In this document: piece by piece, positions 19,301 to 27,002 of the stretch
How positions within the stretch are numbered: the first letter of the stretch is position 1
Layout: each line of letters starts with the position of its first letter
IMG/VR virus record: IMGVR_UViG_3300012954_000007
Source of the DNA: a virus
Direction: 5' to 3' (one strand)
DNA: 64,000 bases
Notes under the pieces: generated by a model
What the model saw: the letters and a program-made list of their open reading frames with translations, nothing else
Told to the model about the DNA's origin: nothing
Databases searched by the model: none
Made by a program: the position numbers and the translations under genes

Positions 19301-19819
19301 GCTTTAACAGATAACATCTCATTCCCTTGGTTCGCGTCCGCTGGTTACACTAGAGGTATTGTAAACGCGGTTAAAGCTAGAAAGAAACTTACTCTTGATG
19401 AAAGAGATACGTTATACGCTGGTAGAATTAACCCAATCGCAACTTACTCAGATGTTGGTACTATTATCTGGGGTAACAAAACACTACAAAGTAGACAATC
19501 TGCATTAGACAGAATTAACGTTAGAAGATTGTTATTACAGGCTAGAAAATTAATTTCGGCAGTCGCAGTTAAATTGTTATTCGAACAAAATGACGAACAA
19601 GTAAGAAACGAATTCTTAGACTTAGTTAACCCAATCTTAGACTCTATTAGAAGAGAGAGAGGTTTAACAGACTTTAGAGTTGTTCTTTCTGACGACCCAC
19701 AATTGATTGACCAAAATACATTAGAAGGTAAGATTTACATAAAACCAACTAGGTCTCTAGAATTTATTGATATCGAATTCTTAATTACACCTACTGGAGC
19801 ATCATTTGAAAATGTATAA
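16331..19819 (+). CDS. contractile tail sheath protein (gp18-like) with large insertions
   Basis: VSPGVYTSEKDLS N-terminus; YYPW, PWFASAGYTRG, INPI, WGNKT, RINVRRLL, IKPTRSLEFIDIEF. Confidence 0.95.
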   Translation: MAADGKVFVSPGVYTSEKDLSFVASSVGVTTLGLAGETLQGPAFEPIFISSYGEFQTYFGSLNPEKFTETQIPKYELSYIAKAYLQQSNQLFVTRVLGYSGYDAGPSWSITTVGNPDCETIRTQCADTVGTLYSASTCNTGTPFESTTGSTAQVYTGALSLYFTGATDVFSDSSTLTKPASQLPWPISEKINSTLTKTDGSNTTISNELDSLLSTYYNSLPPHDTGLGCATGTTPCFAVMTGGTSQEIAFGCNYDGDEVSGNTLYNGTFLENAGNPTTSGVTYQTKFSGVTETQVLGSSCNPKPSVFCNDINDPWLYGFFDIIPGTDQYTGFSLSIGVNTNDVLDVSTSAETTLYSGASALRYSYTLYTGETFCNYNDLVVATFRSRGVSTQTSGGPIYQVTGGTDVTMVCTGNTFANINTDPFATFGIDVTDVDGDTFRFETSLASSSKDFVKRVFGVAPFDKDMEQVPIFVEEAYPNMLTYAYKKGYIKGLNCSLLDLPSYRDSNNTGTIGFYQEQWQTPVTPYVVSELRGTKVYKLFRFISICDGNAANTQVKISIVNISFERNEFDILVRSFYDTDASPVVLERYTRCSMNPNLNSFVGVKVGTANGEYELKSRYIMVDLDPEQETDTNRHDAVPCGFEGYVTRNYLGEQSPTLYYKTKYNKPGDIIWNPPFAISSTVDNSTISAGDKIRRVYLGISDTAASAYDDDFFQYKGKQAPTDKCTDLDGTDWNCLTQGFHMDSGATCINTLGELCITTLCKNCGSGTTTEDQYSVGVAPFRSEPTSATDPYYTLQSRKFTLVPYGGFDGWDIYRKSRSNGDSYVRGKSGFLNGACTSTTFPNASGDGSFKLLSSTPWGESGFFATTDYYAYYFGIRTFRNPEAVNVNVLATPGIDYVNNSNLVEETIDMVETERADSLYVTTTPDYNLFVPGATIASNIIQPTEAVDNLDLTAIDSNYTATYYPWVQYNDQENNTRVWLPPTYDVMRNIALTDNISFPWFASAGYTRGIVNAVKARKKLTLDERDTLYAGRINPIATYSDVGTIIWGNKTLQSRQSALDRINVRRLLLQARKLISAVAVKLLFEQNDEQVRNEFLDLVNPILDSIRRERGLTDFRVVLSDDPQLIDQNTLEGKIYIKPTRSLEFIDIEFLITPTGASFENV

Positions 19820-19844
19820 TAAGAAAAGATAAAAAAAGGTAAAA

Positions 19845-21554
19845 ATGAAACTTAATTATAAAAAACAAAAATTAGTAGAAAGTTTAGGTTTTAACGTCAA
19901 TTTTAAAAACCATTACGGTAATAAACCACAAAATGTTAAAGTTACATCAGACCAGTTTAAGCGATTGATGGAGTCTTACTTAGTATATGAGGAAGAAATG
20001 CACAAGGAAGAGGAGGATTTAGAGTTAGCAGAGTTCGCTGACTCTTTCCAAGATGAACTTGACCAAGATATCTTAGACGAAATGAACTTTGGTGATGATG
20101 GTGGTGATAATTTACCAGCAGGTGTTAATATGGACACTGAAAATGACAATAACCCAATCGATTTAGATGAATATGGTTATCAGTCTATTGACCATTCTGA
20201 TAGAGACGAGTTCGATGGTAGAAAATCTAGAGTTGTTGGGGTATATTCAGACATTAACAAACAACGTTATGGGATGAATGAAGATTCTGAAGGTGAGGAA
20301 ACATATCACTACGATGAGGATTTACACCACGATAAAGATGAATTACATCATTTAGAACGTGAGAGAAGTCACGCTCATGGTGGACACAAATCTGACTTAG
20401 ACCAACATATCGCAGCTTTGATTGATTCAATGAAATATGACGATAAAAGAGGTGTAGGTAGAGATGATAAGTATAGAAGAGAACCAGGAACACATTTTTA
20501 TCATGAAGGAAACGGTTTAGCTGAATCTGTTGATAAAACTTTTAGAATGATTAGAGAATCTATTAGAAGAGAAAGACCAAGAGGTTTAAGAATGAGTAAC
20601 TATAGTAGAAAAACTTTAAATGAACAGTTTATAGGTTACAGTGAAATGGGTGAACAGTTTTATGGTGGTAGAGGTAACTACAACAACCCTGGGGTAAACG
20701 CAGCAAGAGGTGTTGAAGAGTTAGTCAAAAACATTAAAAAAGCTTATAACTTTATTAAAGACTCGAAAACTAGAAAACAAATTGAAAATACATTGGTTAA
20801 GTTACAAAACTTTATGGCTATTACAGCTGACGCGGTTATGGCAGGTAAACAACAAAGAGCACCTAGAAGAAACGACCAATTAACTAGACCATTACCTTAC
20901 CCTGAATTAGACGAACCAGAAGATTTGGAAGATATAGATGATGAATTAGACTTAGATTCACTTAACGAGTCTTACAAACGTAATTTACTTAGAGAAGCTA
21001 AAAGAGAGTTAAAAAGAAGAAGTTTAATTGAGGAACTTGATTTACTTAACGAACAAGATGCAAAAGATAAAATTAAACAATTAAAGGACGCTTTAAAAAG
21101 AGAAAGACAAGCTAAAAAAGATTTAAAAAAATTAGGAAGAAAAGAAAAGAAAGAAGCAAGACAAAAAGCTAGAGAACAAAGAAAAACACTTAGACAATTT
21201 AACCAGTTATGTTCTAAATTTCCAGACGCTCCAGAATGTGCCGATAAAGAAGCATTTGTAAAAGAAACTGAACAAGAAATCAAAAACGTAGAAGTTGCAA
21301 CAAAAGATGTTGAAAAACCTGTTGATTCGGCTGGTGGAGAAGAAAGTACTAAACAAGAATCAAAGTTATGTCAACTAAAAGGAGACAAAACCTATGAGTA
21401 TAAAGTAGAAAAGGAAGTGTGGTACGCTAGAAGAAGAGGTACAACTAAATGGAACTCATTAGCTGGAGATAAGTATGCTGGAGCAAGAGCAAAGTTAGAT
21501 AAAGGTTGTCCAGGATTTAGAAAAACTAAAGAAAAAACACCTCTAACTCAATAA
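19845..21554 (+). CDS. charged modular protein with many (L/I/M)xE sites and a His-rich segment; probable head-internal protein
   Basis: Acidic and basic blocks separated by LVES, LMES, MNE, LAES, LNEQ, LNES, LLRE, LNEQ. Confidence 0.5.
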   Translation: MKLNYKKQKLVESLGFNVNFKNHYGNKPQNVKVTSDQFKRLMESYLVYEEEMHKEEEDLELAEFADSFQDELDQDILDEMNFGDDGGDNLPAGVNMDTENDNNPIDLDEYGYQSIDHSDRDEFDGRKSRVVGVYSDINKQRYGMNEDSEGEETYHYDEDLHHDKDELHHLERERSHAHGGHKSDLDQHIAALIDSMKYDDKRGVGRDDKYRREPGTHFYHEGNGLAESVDKTFRMIRESIRRERPRGLRMSNYSRKTLNEQFIGYSEMGEQFYGGRGNYNNPGVNAARGVEELVKNIKKAYNFIKDSKTRKQIENTLVKLQNFMAITADAVMAGKQQRAPRRNDQLTRPLPYPELDEPEDLEDIDDELDLDSLNESYKRNLLREAKRELKRRSLIEELDLLNEQDAKDKIKQLKDALKRERQAKKDLKKLGRKEKKEARQKAREQRKTLRQFNQLCSKFPDAPECADKEAFVKETEQEIKNVEVATKDVEKPVDSAGGEESTKQESKLCQLKGDKTYEYKVEKEVWYARRRGTTKWNSLAGDKYAGARAKLDKGCPGFRKTKEKTPLTQ

Positions 21555-21578
21555 TAACTTATAACATTTTTATTATTT

Positions 21579-21606
21579 AAAAAGGGTCCTAATGGACCCT
21601 TTTTTT
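21579..21606. terminator. bidirectional intrinsic terminator
   Basis: AAAAAGGGTCC-TAAT-GGACCCTTTTTTT between convergent genes. Confidence 0.88.
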
Positions 21607-21838
21607 ATTCATCTATTTTTCCTCCGTTTCCAAGGATTAGTAAAAATATCATAGGAAACATTAATGGAGCTTTTAAGATGTGGGTAAATATGTAGAAGTT
21701 GAACCACCCGTTTGACGGTTCCCCTGAATTTTCTTCCTCAATCTCCAAGTAGTTTTTTTCTAATTGTTTTTTATTGTTTTCAATAAAAAAAATCATAGTA
21801 ATAATCGAGATGGTAAGGTAGGTGATAATATATGTCAT
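21605..21838 (-). CDS. small membrane protein
   Basis: 77 aa with two hydrophobic segments; own Bacteroidota-type promoter. Confidence 0.65.
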   Translation of the reverse strand: MTYIITYLTISIITMIFFIENNKKQLEKNYLEIEEENSGEPSNGWFNFYIFTHILKAPLMFPMIFLLILGNGGKIDE

Positions 21839-21864
21839 TGGTTTATATTTTAATAATTATGTTA

Positions 21865-21896
21865 CAAAGATAATAAATTCGGTGGGACTACACAAA
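21865..21896 (-). promoter_or_regulatory. Bacteroidota housekeeping-sigma promoter (early)
   Basis: Minus strand TTTG-N20-TATCTTTG. Confidence 0.7.
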
Positions 21897-21922
21897 TATA
21901 TACGTAATTAGTTTACGTGATG

Positions 21923-22705
21923 TTACGAAAAACTGAAACGTCTTTTGCTGTAAATTCTCCAAGCCTCGTTGTCGTCATATTTCTCATTGATTTTACTAAC
22001 AACTTCTGTAGGTAATTCTTCTTCAATTAAACTTTTTTTGGTTATGTCACATTTAATATTTGTGATTTTACTGTTTAATGAAGACATTTTAGACCTTAAC
22101 TCATCAATTTGTTTTTCCAACTCTTCTTTTTCTTTTTGAACTTTTGTCAACTCTTCACTACCATTAAACTCTTTTTCCCAAGCGTCTTCATAAGTATCGT
22201 CAGTAAATAACTCAACGTGATTTTTAGTGTATCTTTCGTTTATTTTAGATACTTGACCTTCAAGGTAATCGTTAATAATATCCAAAAGTTTATTTGTAAA
22301 AATTTCAGTTATCCTAGGAATGTCCTGAATAAAAGTATCATAGATACCATCGTACTTTTCAATTTTCTTTGTTCTTGTACGAATTCCAGTAAATTTAAAT
22401 TCTACTCTATGTGTTTCGTGCATGTTATAACATTCTGACTCTTCTCTCAGAATTTGAGAAAGTTTAACAGCTTTTAATAATTGTGGGTTGATAGACTCCA
22501 GTGTTTCTACAATTTCTGGTTTAAGAACAACATAAACACTCATCCAAAGTGAACGGTCAAAAGAATATTTAGCGTCAACTGCTCTGTCCACGTTTTTTTC
22601 TGAATGTGAAGTTTTTACTATCACATCATCTTGTGTAATTCCTTCTACAATTGTTAAGTATTCTTTGTCGTTAGTAAATAAGCTTTCTGTTTTTTCTATG
22701 TTCAT
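21923..22705 (-). CDS. hypothetical early protein with coiled coil
   Basis: Likely start MNIEK at 22705 (track start 22735 overlaps the promoter); C-terminal heptad region. Confidence 0.65.
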   Translation of the reverse strand: MNIEKTESLFTNDKEYLTIVEGITQDDVIVKTSHSEKNVDRAVDAKYSFDRSLWMSVYVVLKPEIVETLESINPQLLKAVKLSQILREESECYNMHETHRVEFKFTGIRTRTKKIEKYDGIYDTFIQDIPRITEIFTNKLLDIINDYLEGQVSKINERYTKNHVELFTDDTYEDAWEKEFNGSEELTKVQKEKEELEKQIDELRSKMSSLNSKITNIKCDITKKSLIEEELPTEVVSKINEKYDDNEAWRIYSKRRFSFS

Positions 22706-22732
22706 GTTCTTCTTTTTTGGTTTTGTTATACA

Positions 22733-22815
22733 CAAATATAAGAGCTTTATATGAAACTACCAAATTAAATTTAAACTTTTTTTATTTGTTTACTAAATAT
22801 TTTTTATTATATTTG
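22733..22815. promoter_or_regulatory. divergent pair of Bacteroidota-type promoters
   Basis: Minus: TTTG(22764-22761)-N20-TATATTTG(22740-22733). Plus: TTTG(22785-22788)-N19-TATATTTG(22808-22815). Confidence 0.72.
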
Positions 22816-22838
22816 TATCGAACTTTAAAACACAATAA

Positions 22839-23279
22839 ATGAAATTAGCACTTTTTGATTTTGATAATACCTTATTCAAAACCCCATATGATGAAGACCC
22901 TGATTATATGGATAAACCAGCAAGTTTATCTATACGTAAATGGAAATTCGAACCAATACTTGAGACTATAAAAAAGTTTAAAGAATGTAAAAAAGAAAAG
23001 AATACAAAAGTTATTTTACTTACAAATAGAATTGACAGTGTTCACCCACAGTTAAAATCTTTATTAGAAGAATACGGTCTAATATTTGACGATTACAAGA
23101 TGATTGTTGGTGTTGATGGTGATAGGTCTAAAGGTAAACGAGTAAAAGATTTAATATTAAATAATAGTGTAGGTTCTATAGAATATTGGGAAGATAAAGA
23201 TAAACATATAGAGGACGTTAAAAATACAATGGACTTTTTTCCAGAAATAGAATTAAAAATAAATAAAGTCGTTATTTAA
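22839..23279 (+). CDS. HAD-superfamily phosphatase (PNKP / Swiss-Army-knife RNA-repair HAD-like)
   Basis: Motif I FDFDNTLF, motif II LLTNR, K, motif IV WEDK. Confidence 0.8.
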   Translation: MKLALFDFDNTLFKTPYDEDPDYMDKPASLSIRKWKFEPILETIKKFKECKKEKNTKVILLTNRIDSVHPQLKSLLEEYGLIFDDYKMIVGVDGDRSKGKRVKDLILNNSVGSIEYWEDKDKHIEDVKNTMDFFPEIELKINKVVI

Positions 23280-23925
23280 TTCGATGTATACTACCAGTAG
23301 CTCTCTCACCAAAAGGCAAATCTTTTGTGTTATCTACAATCCAATAATTGTCTACCATAGGTATTAAATCTTTAACCACTCTCCTAACTTTGTCATGGTA
23401 ATCTATAACCATATCAGTAGGTAAACTACGGTCTCGCTGTAAATTTCTTTCTAAAGCTTTATCTAAATCAGTAACCACATGAACTATAGTTACGTTATAA
23501 CCATTTTCTTTAGCTAAGTTAATAACATCATTCATAACTTCTCTTTGTCCCCCTCCGGCGTCATAAACTATATTAGGCATCTCATTCCTTTCGGTATCCA
23601 GAAAGTTCTTTAAAAACCTAATAGTTAGGTTTCTTGGGTCGGAAGTTGTATAAGACATATCCAGAATTTTTTGGTATCCTTCATCGGTAGATATGTTTTC
23701 TTTCCACTGGTCACCCCATATTTTTTTAGCTAATGCCACTCTGTAATTATCTACATTAAACTGTTTGTAATTTGGTAAATCTATAAAATTTTGTGTTACG
23801 AAACTTTTACCCGCTCCAGGTCCACCAGCTATGATTACAAAATTACCTTGTGGATTGTCAAAACCTACAACTCTGGACTCTATAAGCATTAACTTTTTAA
23901 TTTTACTAATTTCTTTCAATAACAT
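23272..23925 (-). CDS. P-loop kinase (AAA_33 / zeta-toxin / PNK-kinase-like)
   Basis: GGPGAGKS, NVD, IVYDAGG, lid ALERNLQRDR; likely start MLLKEI at 23925 just after a TATTTAT motif. Confidence 0.8.
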   Translation of the reverse strand: MLLKEISKIKKLMLIESRVVGFDNPQGNFVIIAGGPGAGKSFVTQNFIDLPNYKQFNVDNYRVALAKKIWGDQWKENISTDEGYQKILDMSYTTSDPRNLTIRFLKNFLDTERNEMPNIVYDAGGGQREVMNDVINLAKENGYNVTIVHVVTDLDKALERNLQRDRSLPTDMVIDYHDKVRRVVKDLIPMVDNYWIVDNTKDLPFGERATGSIHRIK

Positions 23926-24021
23926 ACATATAAATATATTTATTGTTAGGAATATTGGATTAAGTATTTTACAGATATTTATTACATGTGTGATAACACC
24001 TAATACTAAAATTTTAAATAA

Positions 24022-24690
24022 ATGAACTACATTAGAAGAATTCTTAGGGAGTATACTGAACAATCTCTAAATGAGTTAGCTAAAACTAACCGTTTAATCC
24101 TTTTAGATGTCGATGATACACTTCTTAAACCAACAGGTGTTTACATATATAGGAATTTACCTTCAGACAGACAGGAAGTAGCTTTAACACCATACGAGTA
24201 CGGTTTAGAACACGTCACCCCAGACACAAAACAATATTATGATTACAGAGATTTTATGGACCCTGTAAAAACACAACAATCAATAGAAAAAGCAGAACCT
24301 ATAGTAGCTAACCTATCGGTTATGGATGACTATTTAAAATTAGGACATCAAATAGCAATATTAACAGCTAGGTCTAATGAAGATGTGGTATTCGACGGTT
24401 TGAGACAATTTTTAATGTATAAAGATAGTAAGGGTAATTTAGTCCCTATAGGAGATAGGTTGTCTAGAGAAAACGTTTACGCTATCAACGATGTGGATAG
24501 AGTTAAGACACTTGAATCTGAAACGGACTATGAGAAAAAAGCGGAGGTTGTAGAAAAATTACTAACCACGTATGATGAAATAGTTTTTATAGATGACGAT
24601 ATGAAAAATGTAAAAGCTATGAGATTATTAAAAAGAGATTTACCGGAAGAGCTTGCTAGTAAATTATTTGTAATGCATGCTAAAGAATAA
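24022..24690 (+). CDS. HAD-superfamily phosphatase with N-terminal leader
   Basis: LDVDDTLL, ILTAR, KK, FIDDDMKN; about 20-aa extension MNYIRRILREYTEQSLNE. Confidence 0.8.
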   Translation: MNYIRRILREYTEQSLNELAKTNRLILLDVDDTLLKPTGVYIYRNLPSDRQEVALTPYEYGLEHVTPDTKQYYDYRDFMDPVKTQQSIEKAEPIVANLSVMDDYLKLGHQIAILTARSNEDVVFDGLRQFLMYKDSKGNLVPIGDRLSRENVYAINDVDRVKTLESETDYEKKAEVVEKLLTTYDEIVFIDDDMKNVKAMRLLKRDLPEELASKLFVMHAKE

Positions 24691-24836
24691 TTAACATTAT
24701 AATATTTATATTATATAATAGCTTTTATGCTATATGTATATAAAATTAGAAAAATAAAGTAAAGGGTTAATTTTGTCGATTTTTAAAAACCCGTATATTT
24801 ATTAAGAAATAAGATAACAAAACAAAAAAATTTAAC

Positions 24837-25325
24837 ATGGCTGACTTATTAATGAAAATGCCCATACCGTATGAACCTAAAAAGAAGAATAGGTTTATCT
24901 TAAGATTCCCATCGTCTTTGGGTATTAATGAGTGGTATGTGGAAAGTACTTCTAGACCTGCTGTTAACATTAACCCAGTAGAAATTCCTTTTTTAAATAC
25001 CTCTACTTATGTAGCTGGTAGATTTACTTGGAACACAATTAGTGTAACCTTTAGAGACCCGATTGGTCCATCAGCAGCACAAGCTCTAATGGAATGGGTA
25101 AGATTACACGCAGAATCAGTAACAGGTAGAATGGGTTATGCTGCGGGATATAAAAAAGATATCGATTTAGAGATGTTAGACCCTACAGGTGTTGTGGTTG
25201 AAAAGTGGATAATGCAAGGAACGTTCTTAACAGATGTTAACTTTGACAGTTTAGGCTATAGTGATGATGCAATTGCTACTATATCAGCTACTCTAAGACC
25301 AGATAGATGTATATTAGTTTACTAA
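24837..25325 (+). CDS. tail tube protein (gp19-like)
   Basis: YEPKKKNRFIL, AGRFTWNTISVTFRDPI, YKKDIDLEMLDPTGVVVEKW. Confidence 0.9.
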   Translation: MADLLMKMPIPYEPKKKNRFILRFPSSLGINEWYVESTSRPAVNINPVEIPFLNTSTYVAGRFTWNTISVTFRDPIGPSAAQALMEWVRLHAESVTGRMGYAAGYKKDIDLEMLDPTGVVVEKWIMQGTFLTDVNFDSLGYSDDAIATISATLRPDRCILVY

Positions 25326-25346
25326 TCTAAATTTTACAAAACTTAT

Positions 25347-25375
25347 AAAACCCGTACTTATTGTATGGGTTTTTT
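25347..25375. terminator. bidirectional intrinsic terminator
   Basis: AAAACCCGTAC-TTATT-GTATGGGTTTTTT at the convergence of the tube and Mom-like genes. Confidence 0.75.
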
Positions 25376-25987
25376 GTTTAATGGGGCTTTATTTTTACTT
25401 TTTGGGTACGGTTGTCTTTCCCACAAACACGTTAGGGATTCATCAAAAACTAGTAAATAACGGTGTTTACGGTCACGATTTCTCCATTCCCCTTTTTTTC
25501 CTTTCACAGGTCCTCTCTGGTGTTTTATAAAAGAACCATCATCCATCTCAAACCAAAAATCTTTTTTCTGGTCAGTTAGACCATAATAACCAAAATTAGT
25601 AGCTTGATAAATAAACCCTGTATGTAATGACGAATCCGCGTATGATAAAATAGCTTTTACCTCAGTTTGTTTTTTTAACAATCTAATACAAACTGAAACA
25701 AACCAAGAAAGCGTGTTCTTTTCAGTTATATTAGGGTTTAAACACAACCTACCCAGTTCGTAAATTCCACTTTGTTCATTTCTTTTAAGTCCAAAACAAC
25801 CCTTTAATGTTTCAGGTACTGAAGGTGAGTGAAAAATACACACACCGACTAGTACTCCTTCTTTAAATAAACCAAAATTAAACCCACTTCTAAAACCTTT
25901 ATTTTTTTTATTTAAATAATGGTGTGAAAAAAGTATGGACTTACATAGTTCTTTACTTATTATTTGTATGTTATAGATTTTATTCAT
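25358..25987 (-). CDS. Mom-like GNAT-fold DNA (adenine) modification enzyme
   Basis: HHYL, GVCIF, ELGRLCL, NTLSWFVS, LSYADSSLHTGFIYQATNFGYYG, KHRY match the Mu Mom family pattern. Confidence 0.8.
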   Translation of the reverse strand: MNKIYNIQIISKELCKSILFSHHYLNKKNKGFRSGFNFGLFKEGVLVGVCIFHSPSVPETLKGCFGLKRNEQSGIYELGRLCLNPNITEKNTLSWFVSVCIRLLKKQTEVKAILSYADSSLHTGFIYQATNFGYYGLTDQKKDFWFEMDDGSFIKHQRGPVKGKKGEWRNRDRKHRYLLVFDESLTCLWERQPYPKSKNKAPLNKKPIQ

Positions 25988-26035
25988 TGTAATAATTATA
26001 GCAATAATAAACTAAAAAGTATATAAAATAAATAA

Positions 26036-26794
26036 ATGGACCCTAGAGAATACTCAGACCCAACACAAGCAAACATACCCTACGATGTTGTCACTTTACC
26101 ATCTAAAGGTATGTTTTACCAAAACAAATTAGAGTCGGTAAAAGTAACTTATTTAACTGCTTCAGATGAGAACTTATTAAGTTCACCTAATATAGTAGAA
26201 AATGGAAATTTAGTAGATGAACTTTTAAGAAGAAAAATATTAGGAAGTGAAGTCAATATTAATGAAATGTTAGAATGTGACAAACAAGCAATTTTAATAT
26301 TTTTACGTAATACAGCTTTCGGTTCAACATACGAATTTACACTAACTGACCCAGAAACAAAACAAAAATTTAAATATACACATGATTTAAGTAATGTGAG
26401 TATGAAAGACTTTACCTTAGTACCAGACGAAAAAGGAGAATTTTCATACACTTTACCAATTACAAAAAAAGTAGTTAAATTTAAATTTTTAAATTCTTCA
26501 CAAGAAAACGAACTGTCAAACATCGATTCACAATACCAAGGAAGGGTATCTCCCAAGGTAACTAAAAGATTAGAATATCTAATACAAGAAATAGAGGGTG
26601 AAAGAGATAAGGGTAATTTAGCACAAATGATTCAATCAATGCCCATAAAAGATTCTCAGGAGTTTAGAAACTACGTTAAAGATAACGAACCTGGGTTGGA
26701 TTTAAAAATAACAGTTAGGGCACCGTCAGGAGAAGAGGTTACAACTTCGGTTGTTCTTGGTGCCCATTTTTTTCGTCCTTTCTTCGGATTATAG
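26036..26794 (+). CDS. tail assembly chaperone / baseplate hub assembly protein (gp26/gpG-like)
   Basis: LPSKGMFY, YLTASDENLL, DKQAILIFLRNTAFG; between tube and tape measure; ends in FFRP. Confidence 0.75.
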   Translation: MDPREYSDPTQANIPYDVVTLPSKGMFYQNKLESVKVTYLTASDENLLSSPNIVENGNLVDELLRRKILGSEVNINEMLECDKQAILIFLRNTAFGSTYEFTLTDPETKQKFKYTHDLSNVSMKDFTLVPDEKGEFSYTLPITKKVVKFKFLNSSQENELSNIDSQYQGRVSPKVTKRLEYLIQEIEGERDKGNLAQMIQSMPIKDSQEFRNYVKDNEPGLDLKITVRAPSGEEVTTSVVLGAHFFRPFFGL

Positions 26795-26969
26795 GCAAAG
26801 TGTGCTCGATGAAATCTACTATCTAGTAAAATTTGCAAGTTTTAACCATAGTGATTTATTAACTATGCCTGTGTATGAACGTAGGTACTATCTTAACAAA
26901 CTCATAGAAGAATTTGAAAAGAAAAAAGAAGCTATAGAAAAATCACAAAACAATTCTAGAAGCTTTTAA
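26775..26969 (+). CDS. frameshift-extension ORF of the tail chaperone (gpGT/E'-like)
   Basis: +1-frame ORF overlapping the chaperone end with no ATG before its conserved-looking core; SDLLTMPVYERRYYL motif. Confidence 0.7.
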   Translation, partial: VLSSDYRQSVLDEIYYLVKFASFNHSDLLTMPVYERRYYLNKLIEEFEKKKEAIEKSQNNSRSF

Positions 26970-27002
26970 AATAGATAATCATCTATTTATATAAAAAAGA
27001 CT

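Noticed and set aside
23926-24063. N-terminal 46 aa of the track ORF 23272..24063
   Set aside because: It overlaps the divergent HAD gene and its promoter motifs; ATG 23925 is the better start.
24691-24836. Very AT-rich 146-bp gap as replication origin or ncRNA
   Set aside because: No iterons or convincing structure; adequately explained by promoter motifs at 24703 and 24796.
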